The notes beneath the pieces are model-generated. The model searched no databases and was not told the DNA's origin. It worked only from the letters and a program-made list of their open reading frames with translations. Of a DNA stretch of 64,000 nucleotides, positions 39,651-52,760 are shown piece by piece; positions within the stretch are counted from its first letter, which is position 1; every line of letters begins with the position of its first letter. The stretch is from positions 63,798,001 to 63,862,000 of the forward strand of contig NC_042998.1 of NCBI RefSeq assembly GCF_006345805.1, in the 5' to 3' direction. Made by a program: the position numbers and the translations under genes. The DNA is from Octopus sinensis. Taxonomy: Eukaryota.

Positions 39651-41283
39651 TATGCTTGTATCTTTGTATGTATGTATTACAACAATACTAGGAATAATAA
39701 TAAATAATTTTTTTAATTAAAAATTTTAAAAAAATGTATATAATTATTTACTTCCATTTGTTTATTTATCTGTGTATTTCATTTTACTATGTTTTCAGTT
39801 TTGATTATATTGTAACCAGTTTATGGGGATCCTCTTCTGTCATATTTTTGTTGCTGCGTGTATATATAATTACATATACACACAGAAACATTTTTTTTAC
39901 AAACGCACAACAAACACGTAAATAAACTGACACATTCAATTTTTTTTTAAATATCTTAGCTGAATGAGAAATCCGGTTTTATGGTTATTTTTCTTTAATA
40001 TCCTTAAATATATATGAAATTAATACAAAGAAACTGGTTATAAACGATATATTCACTGGCAACACATCTATTCAATTAACAACCAAGCATAGAACAATGG
40101 AAGATGGATTGCAGAAATGACAAATAGCCATTTCCGCTTTTTTAAAATGAATTGAATTTAACGTGCGATTGAAATATATGCGCGTTTCCATTCAGTTTTA
40201 TTTATTTACGTCATGCATTTTTATACACACGAATACTTTTTAAATATTTTGCTTTTTTAATTAAATCTGTATTTCAAAGGATTAATCTCGAGTAGTTGTG
40301 CATGTTATTGTAGGTCTTATTTTTATTTTTTATTTTTTTAGTATTTCAATATTCCAAACAGAAATGTCAGAGGGCTTGTGCACAAACATTTATTTCCACG
40401 TATGCTTATGTAACAGGAAGTTGCATTCGTATATATTTGGAGTGCATGGAAACGTACCTAATAATATCAAAATAATAATGATGATGAAAATCATTATGAT
40501 AATGATATTTTTTTCTCATCAACATTAGAAACATGGAATTATTTTTATTTCAATTTTTTTTTCTTCATCATTGTTGGAGGCTTGTTTGCGTTCTCCTATC
40601 ATTTTTGTTTTAAAATTAGTTATTTTGAAACAAGTTACAGCATTCGAAAAAGTTCTCTCTCACGAATGTTAAAAGCTTGTTAGCTCTCTTTCTCTCGCCA
40701 TCTCTTTTCACAAACATAAGAGTAGTTAAAATATTCTAATATTTTTCTTTGTATTTCGTTGGTTTTGTCGTCACTGCTTTGACTAATTCTTTAAATACAG
40801 TTATTTTAAGTCGGGTTACAGTATATCTTTATAAATCCTTTAATCTTTTCTTATCAACGTTCAAAATATATATTTTTTTTTCATTTCTCGCCTTTAGAAA
40901 CGTATATAATTTTTTTTTCACTCACCAACGTGGTAAGCTTGCTTGCGCGCGATATCACTATCAATTCCCGACCACCATCTATAAGAGAAGTCGTCATTCT
41001 AACCCTTGATATGCGATTACCTGGACGTAGGGGAAGGGATGCGTGTTAGACAGCTGATTACTGGCGTCGCTGTAATCGGCTAATCCCTCGACTTGAATTT
41101 CAGGCGTTGTGTTTCTAATAGAATGGCTAAAACAAGGGACTTAAATCGGCGGCGTGGTGTTAGAATCGTTAGCGAGTCGGACAAAAATACATAGTGGAAT
41201 TTCTTACTGCACTTTACGTTCTCAGTTCTAATGCAACTCTTCTCACAAAAATCACTGGTCGTGTACAAAAATATGTAACCAGT

Positions 41284-41444
41284 AGGCGCAGGAGTAGATG
41301 TATGATAAGTAGGTTTCTTACCAACCACATGGTTTCGGGTTCATTCCCACTGCGTGGAACCTTGGGCAAATGTTCTACTATAGCCTGGAGCCGACCAAAG
41401 CCTTGTGAAAGCATTTGGTAGATGGAAACTAAAAGTAGCCCGTC

Positions 41445-41509
<65 letters not shown>

Positions 41510-41773
41510 ATATATATGTATGTTTGTGTGTATATGTTTGTGTGTCTGTGTTTGTCCCCCCAACATCGCTTGACAACCGATGTTGGTGTGTGTACGTCCC
41601 CGTAAATTATCGGTTCGGCAAAAGAGACCGATGGAATAAGTACTAGGCTTACAAAGAATAAGTCATGGGGTCGATTTGCTCGACTAAAGGCGGTGCTCCA
41701 GCATGGTCGCAGTCAAATGACTGAAACATGTAAAAGAGTAAAAGAGTAAAAGAGTAAAAGAGTAAAGAGAGAG
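41284..41773 (+). mobile_element. SINE S1, full length, with (gtaaaaga)n tail
   Basis: Head, internal (TA)n and tail all present; preceded by an S2 head at 41146-41232. Confidence 0.9.
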
Positions 41774-42383
41774 TATTTATAATTATGGTCGTATCTATTT
41801 TGCGACTCTCGTTTTGAAATCATTTATTAAAAATAAGGAAGATGGGACTTAGACTATGTTTACATGTTAAGTCCGAATCTTTGGCAACGATCAAAATTTG
41901 ATCAGTATTTGTACTATTCTGTATTTTCTCACGTTTTCTATCATCTACACTAATCTGCTGTGTTTCTTCACTCTAAATTTACGTATACTTTGTATATCTT
42001 TGCGTGTGCGCGTGTGGGTTTATGTGTGTGTGTGTGTGTATGTATGCAAACAAGTTCAGTCACACCTCTCACTCTCTCGCTCACACACACGGAAACCAGG
42101 CAGGCATACACACACTCACATGGATAAGTGTATGAACCGCCCGTTTCAGTATTTCACAACCTTATTTATTGTGAGCGCAACACACGAACAGTAAAAAAGC
42201 CGTACTTTGACATACTTTTATATTTATACACATTCATTTTGTATAGTGACAAATATATTTCAGAAAATTTGATAAATTTCACTGGAAATTTGATAGAAAC
42301 ATGTAATTTGATATAAAACAATATAAACGTGAACCGATACAAAACAACATTACAAATTTATTCGCCTAAATTATGTATGTATA

Positions 42384-42514
<131 letters not shown>

Positions 42515-44200
42515 GTAGGAGCAGTTTTGTATGAAAACCTTATCAGGTGGAACTAAAAGGGTATATAAGACAAAATCAACTCTAAAATGAGAAACAACTA
42601 TAATTCTTTCTACGGCATAAAAAGTGAAAGAATTAAATAAGAATTCACAAGAACATAGTAAGTGTACATACGGTAACAGCAGAACAGTTCAACAATGGTT
42701 GAAGATCTTTAAAATGTCAGCCACTTACTAACTCCCTAAATACATTGAATGAACAGGTGACTTATAATAATGTAATAAGTCTCCTTCTAAACCTATTTGT
42801 ATGCATATACGCATACACCCATTCGCGCACACAGATATTCATACAGAGATATTTGAATGCAAGCATCCATCTATTTATATAGATGTATATACATACATAT
42901 AAGTATATGTATATATGAGTCCAGAATGGTGCGAAGGAGATCAACACTAATATGCGAAAGATTTATATGTACTGAATATGTTTATTAGCTGCATAACAGT
43001 TCGAAAAGTGTTTCGGAGAACACATTCCTTTTATGCGTCCTATGTATAGAAAATGATGCGGATAGATTTGCAAGGGGCGTCTAGAGAACGCAGTGTTTTC
43101 AAAGGCACTGCATAGCTGCACAAGTCGGGGGCCAGTTAATGTAGTTCGTGTATGTATGTGCGGGCGTATATATGTGAAAGTCTGGTGAGGAATATCATTA
43201 TCAAGAATGGCAAATTACTTTACATGTGTTACTGCAGAGTTTGAATATCGTGTCAAACTGATACAAAACTTTGCACGGATAGAAACCGTAGGGGATTATT
43301 TAATTTGTGTATCAACAGAGGCTAAGAATTAATTCTAAAGATGAACGCTGCAGTGTTCCTGATGCGAATATGCTCAGAAACTACGAAAGTGTTGAATATT
43401 CTCCTGTGGAAAACGAGTCTACACCTCCTGACCTGTCTGTTGGCATATACAATCCTCTCAATGGACAATGGTTTCTCAACGCACTTCTTCAGAGAGATAA
43501 TTGATAAAATGATAATAAAAAAATCTCCAAATAAGGTTCTCAATAAATTGCAATGTTATTAGTTTTATAGAGTTGCAAAAACCTGCTCATAGAGACAATA
43601 TTGCAATTTTTCTGTTACCATAGAGATTTATTAATTTATTTCTTACCTAATAATTTTTCTTCCGTAAATGGTTTTCATCGAGCAGTAATATCATGAAGCA
43701 CACCAATTATTATTATGTTATAACTGACTTTTGGTAAGATATTGTTTGGAGTTTGACCTATTATTTCTCTACAAATTGTACTTTTTTGAGCTAAATGATG
43801 ATGGTTTTCAAATGTATCTATTCCCCATGAAAACATGAAAGAATTTGCATTTATTCATTCGCATAAGATACAACAAAAAAAAAACAATCACTCTATGAGA
43901 CAAACTTCATATGTATCATTCCCCAAATATTATTCTCGATCACATTTATTCTGTGCTCTGCTTGATTGGGGTTATTGATATAAACTATCAAGATCATCAC
44001 GGAGCACATTGGAGTGGGTTTTCACTACAGTATTTTTGAATGTACAGGAAGCGAAAATCAATGGGACGAAGCAATTGTTTTTGAGCAAGTGTAAGTTTTT
44101 TCCATTCACGAGTAATGTTCAAGAGATTCTTGCAGCATATTTCGTATCTTACACAGTTTACTGTTCTAACCCCAACCCCCACAAACACACACGCACACAC

Positions 44201-44245
<45 letters not shown>

Positions 44246-44329
44246 TATTAACAGAATGAGATAAAAAATCCAAGGCTGTGAAAGATTTCAGAACATTTAT
44301 AAAGGGAAAGTCTTACAGACAGTTTATGG

Positions 44330-45032
44330 TCTTCTTTCTCTCTCTTTTCTTCCTTTCCTTCTTTTTCTTTAACACTTCTTTCAGATACACAGACACACAC
44401 ATATATACACACACGTACACACACATGCTCTCTCTCACTTTCTCCCCATTCATCACCCTCTTGTACTATCTTATATCCCTCCCCACCACTACACACTCAA
44501 TAAATGTTCAAATGTTTTCTCCAAGATCTTAGAGCCTCATTGGAGTAAACATCCTGACCATCTACAAAAGAACCTTGTAAAACATTTTTTTTCTTTCTCT
44601 CGCTTTTCTTCCTCTCCTTCTTTTTCTTTAACGCTTCTTTCAGATACAAACACACACACACGCATACATACGCACACGCACACACTTGCTCTCTCTCTCT
44701 CTCACTTTCTCCCCATTCATCACCCTCTTGTACTATCTTATATCCCTCCCCACCACTACACACTCAATAAATGTTCAAATGTTTTCTCCAAGATCTTAGA
44801 GCCTCATTGGAGTAAACATCCTGACCATCTACAAAAGAACCTTGTAAAACATTTTTTTTCTTTCTCTCGCTTTTCTTCCTCTCCTTCTTTTTCTTTAACG
44901 CTTCTTTCAGATACAAAAACACACACACGCATACATACGCACACGCACACACATGCTCTCTCTCTCTCACTTTCTCCCCATTCATCACCTTCTTGTACTA
45001 TCTTATATCCCCCCACCACTACACACTCAATA
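44330..45032. repeat. ~2.6 copies of a 267-bp tandem repeat
   Basis: Unit starts (caataa) at 44498, 44765 and 45028; the units are nearly identical. Confidence 0.9.
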
Positions 45033-45252
45033 ACACTATAAAATGGTCAAATTTTTCCACAAGAACTTAGTTCAATTTGGAAAACCCCACTAGAATGGGC
45101 GAAAGCGCTCATATATGATATATGATATATGATGTATAAAAACATGTAATATACAAAAAAATATCTGTAAATATAAAACCATCCGAATTTCTGAGTACCT
45201 CATTTCTTCTAATATAAAATACCTGTACATCATCTCCAAACATTCTAATATA

Positions 45253-45298
<46 letters not shown>

Positions 45299-45780
45299 AC
45301 TAAAACTGAATAACGAACGTAAGATTATTGTATCTATATTAATATGATTTGAAAAATCTAGAAAGCTGGTGAAAGTTGGAGTAACTTGTTACAAGATGTT
45401 GAAATGTCTGGCAATTCCGAGAAGAAATATCTCTCATAAAGTCAGCAGCAACTCTAAAATAAATGTTCTTGAAAATAGGGAATCGCCAGAATATTTTTCC
45501 CAATGTCACAAAAGTAAGTTTCGAAAAGAATAATTGCTTTTTGTACGATTTATATACAACCCTAAGAAAGCAGTAAACATTTTAATAGTTTGTGTCATAT
45601 ATACAGTCTAGATAAGTTTAAGAGAAACAATATAATTATGTATTTGTGTTCCTTCGTGGATAATGACATAACGAGTAAAATGAGGGGGATCTGAGGCCGT
45701 AGAATCGGTTCGCAATTTGTTCAAGTACATTAAAGAATACTTCCGTATAGAGGACGTTTCTGCAAAAAACAAACATCTAT

Positions 45781-46675
45781 AGGCGCATGTGTGGCTTTGT
45801 GGCAAGAAACTTGCTTCCCAAACTGCATAGCCCTGAAAGTGGATTTGGTAGACAAGACAAAAACTGAAAGAAGGCCATCGCATATAGATATATATATGTA
45901 TATATATATATGTATGTATGGGTGTTTGAGTGTATTTATATATGTATATGGGAAATTCTGTCTCTGAGTTTGCTTGTGGGGTTGTTACCTAAATCCTACA
46001 TCGTTTTATCGATTTTGATGAAACGTGACACGTGAATACAACTCATGTCTGGAAACCTCATGCTATACTCGGATTGTTGAAAAAAGTCGATAATAGAGCC
46101 CTTGGAAGGTATCCTTATATATAGCCAAGGAAAATAATTCATTTTCTTCAATCATTTGCTAAAAATGAAATTCTGTATATTTATTTCTTGGAGTTAGTTT
46201 CGCAATTTATCCGTAGATCCATTTATTTCGGCTAATATTCTCTGGGAACACACAAAAGTTCTTTTCAAAGTTATTTACTTTGAATTGCTATTATCTCATA
46301 TTTGCTTAGTCTGTTATTACATAACATGCTTCAAGATTTTAGTATACATGACTTATTAGTATTTCCTCCTATGTTCTATATACTCTGGGAACGCACTAAA
46401 GCCCTTTTCGCGGATAGGTTATTTGAATTCTTACTGTTGGGTACACTAATCCCATGTCCTTACATAACTACCTTTAGAATTTGGGTATTCATAACTTATT
46501 GGGAATTCCTAAAAACAAGATCTTGTGTAACACAGTTCGGTATTCTTTGTAAATGCACAAAAACCGTTAAGGGCTACATATTTTGCATTGTTGTTATTGG
46601 ATTAGCGAAACAATTATGTGAACGCACCCAAGGGATAAGTCCTGCTTTCTCTGAAATTACCGGGCATGTGATCTG

Positions 46676-46773
<98 letters not shown>

Positions 46774-47013
46774 TTATATGCATATATATGTATATATATG
46801 TATATGTACATTGGGTGGGAGTGTCCCCACCATCACTTGTCAATCGGTGTTGCGCTATTTACGTCCACATAACTTAGCGTTTCGGCAAAAGCTGTTAGAA
46901 TAAGTACTAGGCTCACAAAGAATATGTCTTGGTGTCGAGTTGTTCGACTAAAGGCGGTGCTCCTGCATGGCCGCAGTCAAAATGACTGAAACATATAAAA
47001 AAAAGGTAAAAGA
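45781..47013 (+). mobile_element. SINE S1 split into head (45781-45900) and tail (46815-47013) by a ~740-bp insert in its internal (TA)n
   Basis: Both halves are collinear with intact copies. The insert 45940-46680 has tcgattttgatgaaac.tgacac and a ccgggc...ctgg end reminiscent of non-autonomous Helitron-like elements (weak). Confidence 0.65.
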
Positions 47014-47444
47014 ATCTGGAGAAATGCTATAACCAGGATGTTATACCTATTGTGAAGCCTAACAGACACAATTTAAAGATTAAGATGCATATTCCTTAAT
47101 GATAAAATAAGAGAACTGCAAATCAAACAGTGTCATGCAACACTACATGCCTTAGTTTAGTCATATCCCAAAATGTTTATGTGTATATGATGTAAGATCG
47201 TTTTCCTACTTTCTTTTTGAAAGGTGTTTTATAACTGAAACAGTAAAATATGACAGTACTGTAAGTTATTGGTGCAGTTATTCTTTTGTTTCTGCTCGTT
47301 CATTTCCAGTTTACAGTCTCTCAATTTTCTAAAGAAACTCAAAATCCATTTAACAATCCTACATCAATTATACTGTATACAATTTGATAAATGCGTGTGT
47401 GTGTGTATGCATGCTTATGCATTTATGCATATATATATATAGAG

Positions 47445-47450
47445 AGAGAG

Positions 47451-47519
<69 letters not shown>

Positions 47520-47520
47520 T
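47445..47520. repeat. (GATA)n microsatellite
   Basis: Directly visible. Confidence 0.95.
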
Positions 47521-48543
47521 GTGTGTGTGTTTGTGTCTGTGCGTATTTGTATGTTTGTAAATATATATATGTTTGTGTCTATGTATGTGGATAAAACTAT
47601 ATGGGGGTAAAAACACACATTGTTAACTATACTTTTAGTAAAAGCAGAGAAATAAAGCTATAAAATCATAAAGATTAATTCTGGAATTTGCTGTAGCTAA
47701 TGACTTTCAGTTGATCATGTCATTTCATTTAACCAAACTCATATAATACAATGGATACGTCTTTGATAGCATTTTGTCTAGAATTCTTAAATCATTGCTT
47801 TACAAATTTGTATTCTTTTTTATTTACAATTTTTCAGTCAATTCTTTCGAAATGATAAATTATTATCATTATAATTTCATAACTAGCTAATATATTATTA
47901 AAAAGCAAATTTATTGCAATTATTTATGTATGTATAATTTTGTGTAAGAAATTAATCATTCATTTCTATATTCATTATAATTATAACCTTTTGTTAATAT
48001 ATTGGTTTTGATTGATATCAAATAAGGTTATTACTGAAATTTAAAAGCATAGAAGAAATGTAAATAAAACAAAACATAGCACTCATATAAGAGAAACATA
48101 TTTAAGAAATAAACAGAATTGTAATTAGGTTTGAACATTTTCTTTAACAGATCATTATAATGTAATATGAGAACTGAAATGATTTATGCATTATCATATC
48201 CACGTTTAAAATTTTAAAGACTTAATTATAGAGTATACGCATAGCCGTCTGGTTAAAAAAGTTCGCTGAAAGATCAGGATTTCTGAGTTCGAAGACAATG
48301 CAGAGTACAATAAAGAAAGTGCAATTCTGTAGGCACGTCATGGCCGAATGTTTCGGTATAGAATTTGAAACACGGAATCAATCTCTGTACATACATATAT
48401 ACATATATACAAAAATATCCAGTTGGTGTTGTTGAAATTACAATGAAGTAGCCTTGGATCTAGGTTAGATCCAAGGCTCTTTCTTTATTGGCAAGAAATC
48501 TTGAAATAAACCTGAAGAAAAACATACCCACGCACACTCACAC

Positions 48544-48614
<71 letters not shown>

Positions 48615-48746
48615 GTGTGTGTGTGTGGTGTGTGTGTGTGTGTGTGTGTGTGCGTGTGTGTATGTGTGCATTAGACAAAATAAGATAAGAAGGCCAAGGC
48701 TGAGAAGAGTTTTCTGGACATTTATAAGGAAAGAGATATAGATATA

Positions 48747-48794
48747 TTCTTACACCTGTTTCTGGGATATTATGGATATTCCTTCATCAGAGAC
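48747..48794 (-). ncRNA. Hammerhead ribozyme, family B copy 4
   Basis: GTCT CTGATGA AGGAATAT-ccata-ATATCCCA GAA ACAGGTGT A|AGA; canonical core, GUA site. Confidence 0.75.
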
Positions 48795-49113
48795 GATATG
48801 AGATGGTTAAATAGAGGTAAAAATGAGAGTTTGAATTGAGGAAATATTATGGAAAAGGGGGAGATAGGGAATATAGAGGAAAACTATATATATGTGTGTG
48901 TGTGAGAGAGAGAGACAGAGAGAGAGGGAGGGGTATTGTTATGTAGAAAACCCAAGGTAGATGGTAAGGCTATGCAGTTAAACTCTCGGTACGATAATGG
49001 TACGAGTGAAGAGTCTAATGCAGGTCATATATGCGCCTATATATGCTAAATAAAATGAGACAACAAAGCTATGGCTGGGTAGAAATTTCAGTATGTTTAT
49101 AAGGAGAAAGTTA

Positions 49114-49161
49114 GTCTTATACCTGTTTCTGGGATATTCACGATACCCCTTCATCAGAGAC
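49114..49161 (-). ncRNA. Hammerhead ribozyme, family B copy 5
   Basis: GTCT CTGATGA AGGGGTAT-cgtga-ATATCCCA GAA ACAGGTAT A|AGAC; stem III damaged. Confidence 0.7.
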
Positions 49162-49502
49162 GAGGTGAAGAGTTTAAATACGGGAAAATAGTAGAGTTTA
49201 ATACAAGGAGTTATTTTGGAAAAGGTTGGAAAAAAGAATTCTCAAAATGTGATTCACTTCACAAGTCTCCTTTGAATGAAGAACGCATGGAATCTATGAC
49301 TCTACATATTCCATTTGTAATGGCAAAATACGAACTCATTTCGAAATTTACATAAAGCATTTACCCAAACTCTACATACCATTTCCTTGGACAGTGGAAC
49401 TGCAAGTATAACATCCTACATATATTTTTATTTTTTCTCCATCCTTTTCCAAAATAGCTCCTTATATTAAATTCCATTATTTCTAATTGACCTCCTCACG
49501 TC

Positions 49503-49550
49503 GTCTCTGATGAAGGGATATCCCTAATATCCCAGTAACAGCTGTAGGAT
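49503..49550 (+). ncRNA. Hammerhead ribozyme, family B copy 6 (GAA changed to GTA)
   Basis: GTCT CTGATGA AGGGATAT-cccta-ATATCCCA GTA ACAGCTGT A|GGAT. Confidence 0.65.
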
Positions 49551-49628
49551 TAAAATTCTCCTTATAGAGGATCTTAAAACTCCACACAACCTTGGTTTTC
49601 TTGTCTCATTGTATTTAATATGGGTATA

Positions 49629-49737
<109 letters not shown>

Positions 49738-49823
49738 ATATACATATATATATACTTATATACATATATATATGTATATATTCATATATATATATACATA
49801 CATACACACACACATACACACAT

Positions 49824-49874
<51 letters not shown>

Positions 49875-49886
49875 TAGAAATACATA

Positions 49887-50597
49887 CAAGGGTTGGACAA
49901 AATAATGGAAACACCTTAAAATTTCAAACAATTTTATTTTAATATTGGGTAGGACCGCTTTTTGTTGTAATTACAGCTTGAATTCTTCGAGATATAATCT
50001 CGTACAGAGTTTGAATTGTTTCCAAAGGAATCTTTGTCTATTCTTCAGCTGAAACAGTTTCCGGTTCTTGTAATGATGATGGTGGAGGATACCGAATCCT
50101 TACATGTTTTTTCTAGAATGCCCCATAAATGTTCAATAATATTGAGGTCTTGGGACTGTAGTGGCCAGAAACGATGTTCATCTTTACTAGAATGTTACTC
50201 GTGCCATTCTGTAACAACTTTAGCTGTGTGAATTGGTGCATTATCATCCTGAAAGATTCCGTTTCCCTCTGGAAACAGATAAGATAAAATACTTAAATAG
50301 TCTTGAGTATTAATTCTGCTATAAAGGGAAACCATTGGGTCGGCGGATTTCCAAGATATAGCCACCCAAATCATCACAGATCCTCCTCCATTTTCAACAG
50401 TTGGAAGAAGGTAGTCTGGGTCAAATGCATCTTTTGGCTGTCTCCACATGTATAATCGGTTGTCGGAAATAAGGTAAAGGATGACTCATCTGAGAAAATA
50501 ACATTTTCCCTCTGCTCTAGGGACCAATTCTACAGGTTTTTACTCCACTCTAAACGCTTTGCAATGTTTGTTTTTAAAAGTAGTGGTTTTCTGATTG
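49887..50597 (-). mobile_element. Tc1-family transposon, DDE-containing 3' half with one TIR
   Basis: IRKPLL, VIFSDES, TVENGGGSVMIW, FQDDNAPIHTAK, WP.QSQDLNIIEHLW; TIR caagggttggacaaaataatggaaacacc follows TA. Confidence 0.9.
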
Positions 50598-50970
50598 TGG
50601 TCACAGTCTTCAGGTTTTAGTTCCTGCACGTAATGAGATTTCCACGGACGAATATTCAATTCTTTATGCAACATCGTACGTAATGTGTTTCTTGTTCGTC
50701 CACTTTTAGGAGTTGCTTGAAAATGCTTGACCTGTTGATTTTTGCAGGCTGCGATTAAACATTTCCTGCACTGTTGTCACTTCTTGCATTGTTCACCAGA
50801 GACCGTATTCATCAGATTTGCATGAGAACTTTTTATTTTCTTCGGACGTAGTGTTGCAAGATTACCTATTTCAGTACACCACAATCTCTGAACTAAAACA
50901 ATAGTATTCCACACTTCATGGCGTGCTACTATCTTAGTTCCGTCCTGAACAGTCAAGCGACCGGCTACAA
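50597..50970 (-). mobile_element. Degenerate mariner-like (DUF4817-type) transposase N-terminal fragment
   Basis: ...KSHYVQELKPEDC resembles the YKIQLVQELKPED motif of this group. Confidence 0.45.
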
Positions 50971-51196
50971 AACAAGAAATAAGAGATTAGACAATAACAA
51001 ATTAATCAATTCCCATTACTGTTGTCTTCTTAAAAAATGTTTTCGCTACAATTTCAGTGATACTAAGAATTTTATAAGCAATTTCTAATGCCTTTTTACT
51101 TTCCACCCACCCTTCGCCTCATTTATATTTGAGCACGTTTTTTGCAGTCTTATAAATCCTTTTGTTTCTATTAGAAGAGACGAATATTCATTCTTG

Positions 51197-51268
<72 letters not shown>

Positions 51269-51284
51269 TGTGTTGTTTGTTGTT

Positions 51285-51575
51285 GTTTCTTCCTTCTCAA
51301 ACCATGCCTTGACTCATAGGGCTCATAGGGCCGGTTTCCCGGTTTCCTTGGCGTATAGGTTCCCCACTTGGACGGGATGCCGGTCCCTCGCAGGTGAGCT
51401 GCAAGATGCAGGAGAAAAGAGGAGAGAAAGTTGTGGCGAAAATATCAGCAGAAGTTCGCCATTACCTTCTGCCGGAGCCGCAGGGAGCTTAGGTGTTTCG
51501 CTCATAAACAAAGACATCGCTCGATCTAAGATTCGAACCCGCGAGTCTGCTTTTCTAATCACTAGGCCATTTGCC
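51285..51575 (-). mobile_element. SINE of a third family (tRNA-like head, MetaSINE-like ctgcga.ggac.ggc.tcccgtcca domain)
   Basis: Minus strand gtaggcaaatggcctagtgattaga...cgggttcgaatc...gaaaccgggaaaccggccctatgag. Confidence 0.7.
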
Positions 51576-51842
51576 TACACACACACACAAACACACACAC
51601 ACACGCACACACACACATACATATATAGTCTCCTAAAATTAAAAAGTCAATTAAAGAACATGGAAAAGAAAAATTGAAACGATGCTTGGTTTCTTTTACA
51701 ATTCTTTTAAAATAGGAAAAGTAATGCAAATTAAAAGACGAAAAAATATACCTATAAGAAAAAGGAAACGACTCAACCAACAAAATAACCCCAAAATATC
51801 CAAAAAAGAAGGATATTCCACATACAAATATATGTTTCAATA

Positions 51843-52226
51843 TAACAATATATAACAACAACAACAACAACGACGATGACGACAACAACAGCAACAACAA
51901 CGACGACAAAAACAAGAACAACAACAACGATAACGTCAATAAGAACAACAACAACAACAACGACAACAACCACAACAACAGCAACAACAACGACAACAAC
52001 AAGGACAGCGACAGTAACAACTGCAACAACAACGACAGACAACAGCAACAACAACAAAACAACAATGAAACAACACCAACGACAACAACAACAACGACAA
52101 CAGCAGTGACAGCAATAGCAACAACGGCAACAACAGCAACAACAGCAACAACAACAACAACGACAACAACAACAGCGACAGCAACAACAACAACGACAAC
52201 AACAACAACAACAACGACAACAACAG
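51843..52226. repeat. Degenerate (AAC)n/(GAC)n/(AGC)n array
   Basis: Directly visible. Confidence 0.95.
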
Positions 52227-52360
52227 TAAGAAGCGCTGTTCTTGGTAATGATTGTTGCCGTTGTTCCTATTGTGTCTTCCACGCACATTGCTAGTGTTGA
52301 TATCCCTAGGATAAATGTTTTGATACTGAAAGAGATAGCGAAAGCAAATTTATTATTTGC

Positions 52361-52760
52361 AGGCGCAGGAGTGGCTACGTGGTAAGAAGCTTGCTTCCCA
52401 GCAACATGGTTCCGGGTTCAGTCCCACTTCATGGCACCTTGGGCAAGTGTCTTCTACTATAGCCTCCGGCCGATCAAGGCCTTGTGAGGGGATTTGGCAG
52501 ACGGAAACTGAAAGAAGCCCGTCGTATATATGCATATGTATAAGTATGTGTTTGTGTGTCTGTTTGTTGCTCCACCAACATCGCTTGACAATCGATGCTG
52601 GTGTGTTTACGTCCGCGTAATTCGGCGATTCGACAAAAGAGACCGATAGAATAAGTACTACGCTTAAAGAATAAACCCTGGGGTCGATTTCCTCGACAAA
52701 AGTCAGTGCTCCAGCATGGCTATAGTCAAATTACTGAAACAAGTAAAAGAGTAAAAGAGA
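52361..52760 (+). mobile_element. SINE S1, full length
   Basis: aggcgcaggagtggct...gttccgggttcagtcccac...actgaaacaagtaaaagagtaaaagag. Confidence 0.9.

Larger units (their letters stand above)
48670..49620. mobile_element. Cluster of three family-B pLTRs (two minus, one plus), no ORF
   Basis: HHRs at 48747-48794 (-), 49114-49161 (-) and 49503-49550 (+) with homologous flanks; ends in (TA)n. Confidence 0.8.

Noticed and set aside
41015-41060. U1 snRNA-like start (ttacctgg...gggga)
   Set aside because: Similarity limited to a few bases; no U1 stem-loops or Sm site follow
44330-45032. CRISPR-like or coding repeat
   Set aside because: Contiguous 267-bp units with no unique spacers, eukaryotic context, and no cas genes
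46302-46877. 191-aa ORF
   Set aside because: Non-ATG start, runs through a (TA)n tract and a SINE tail, and has no recognisable domain
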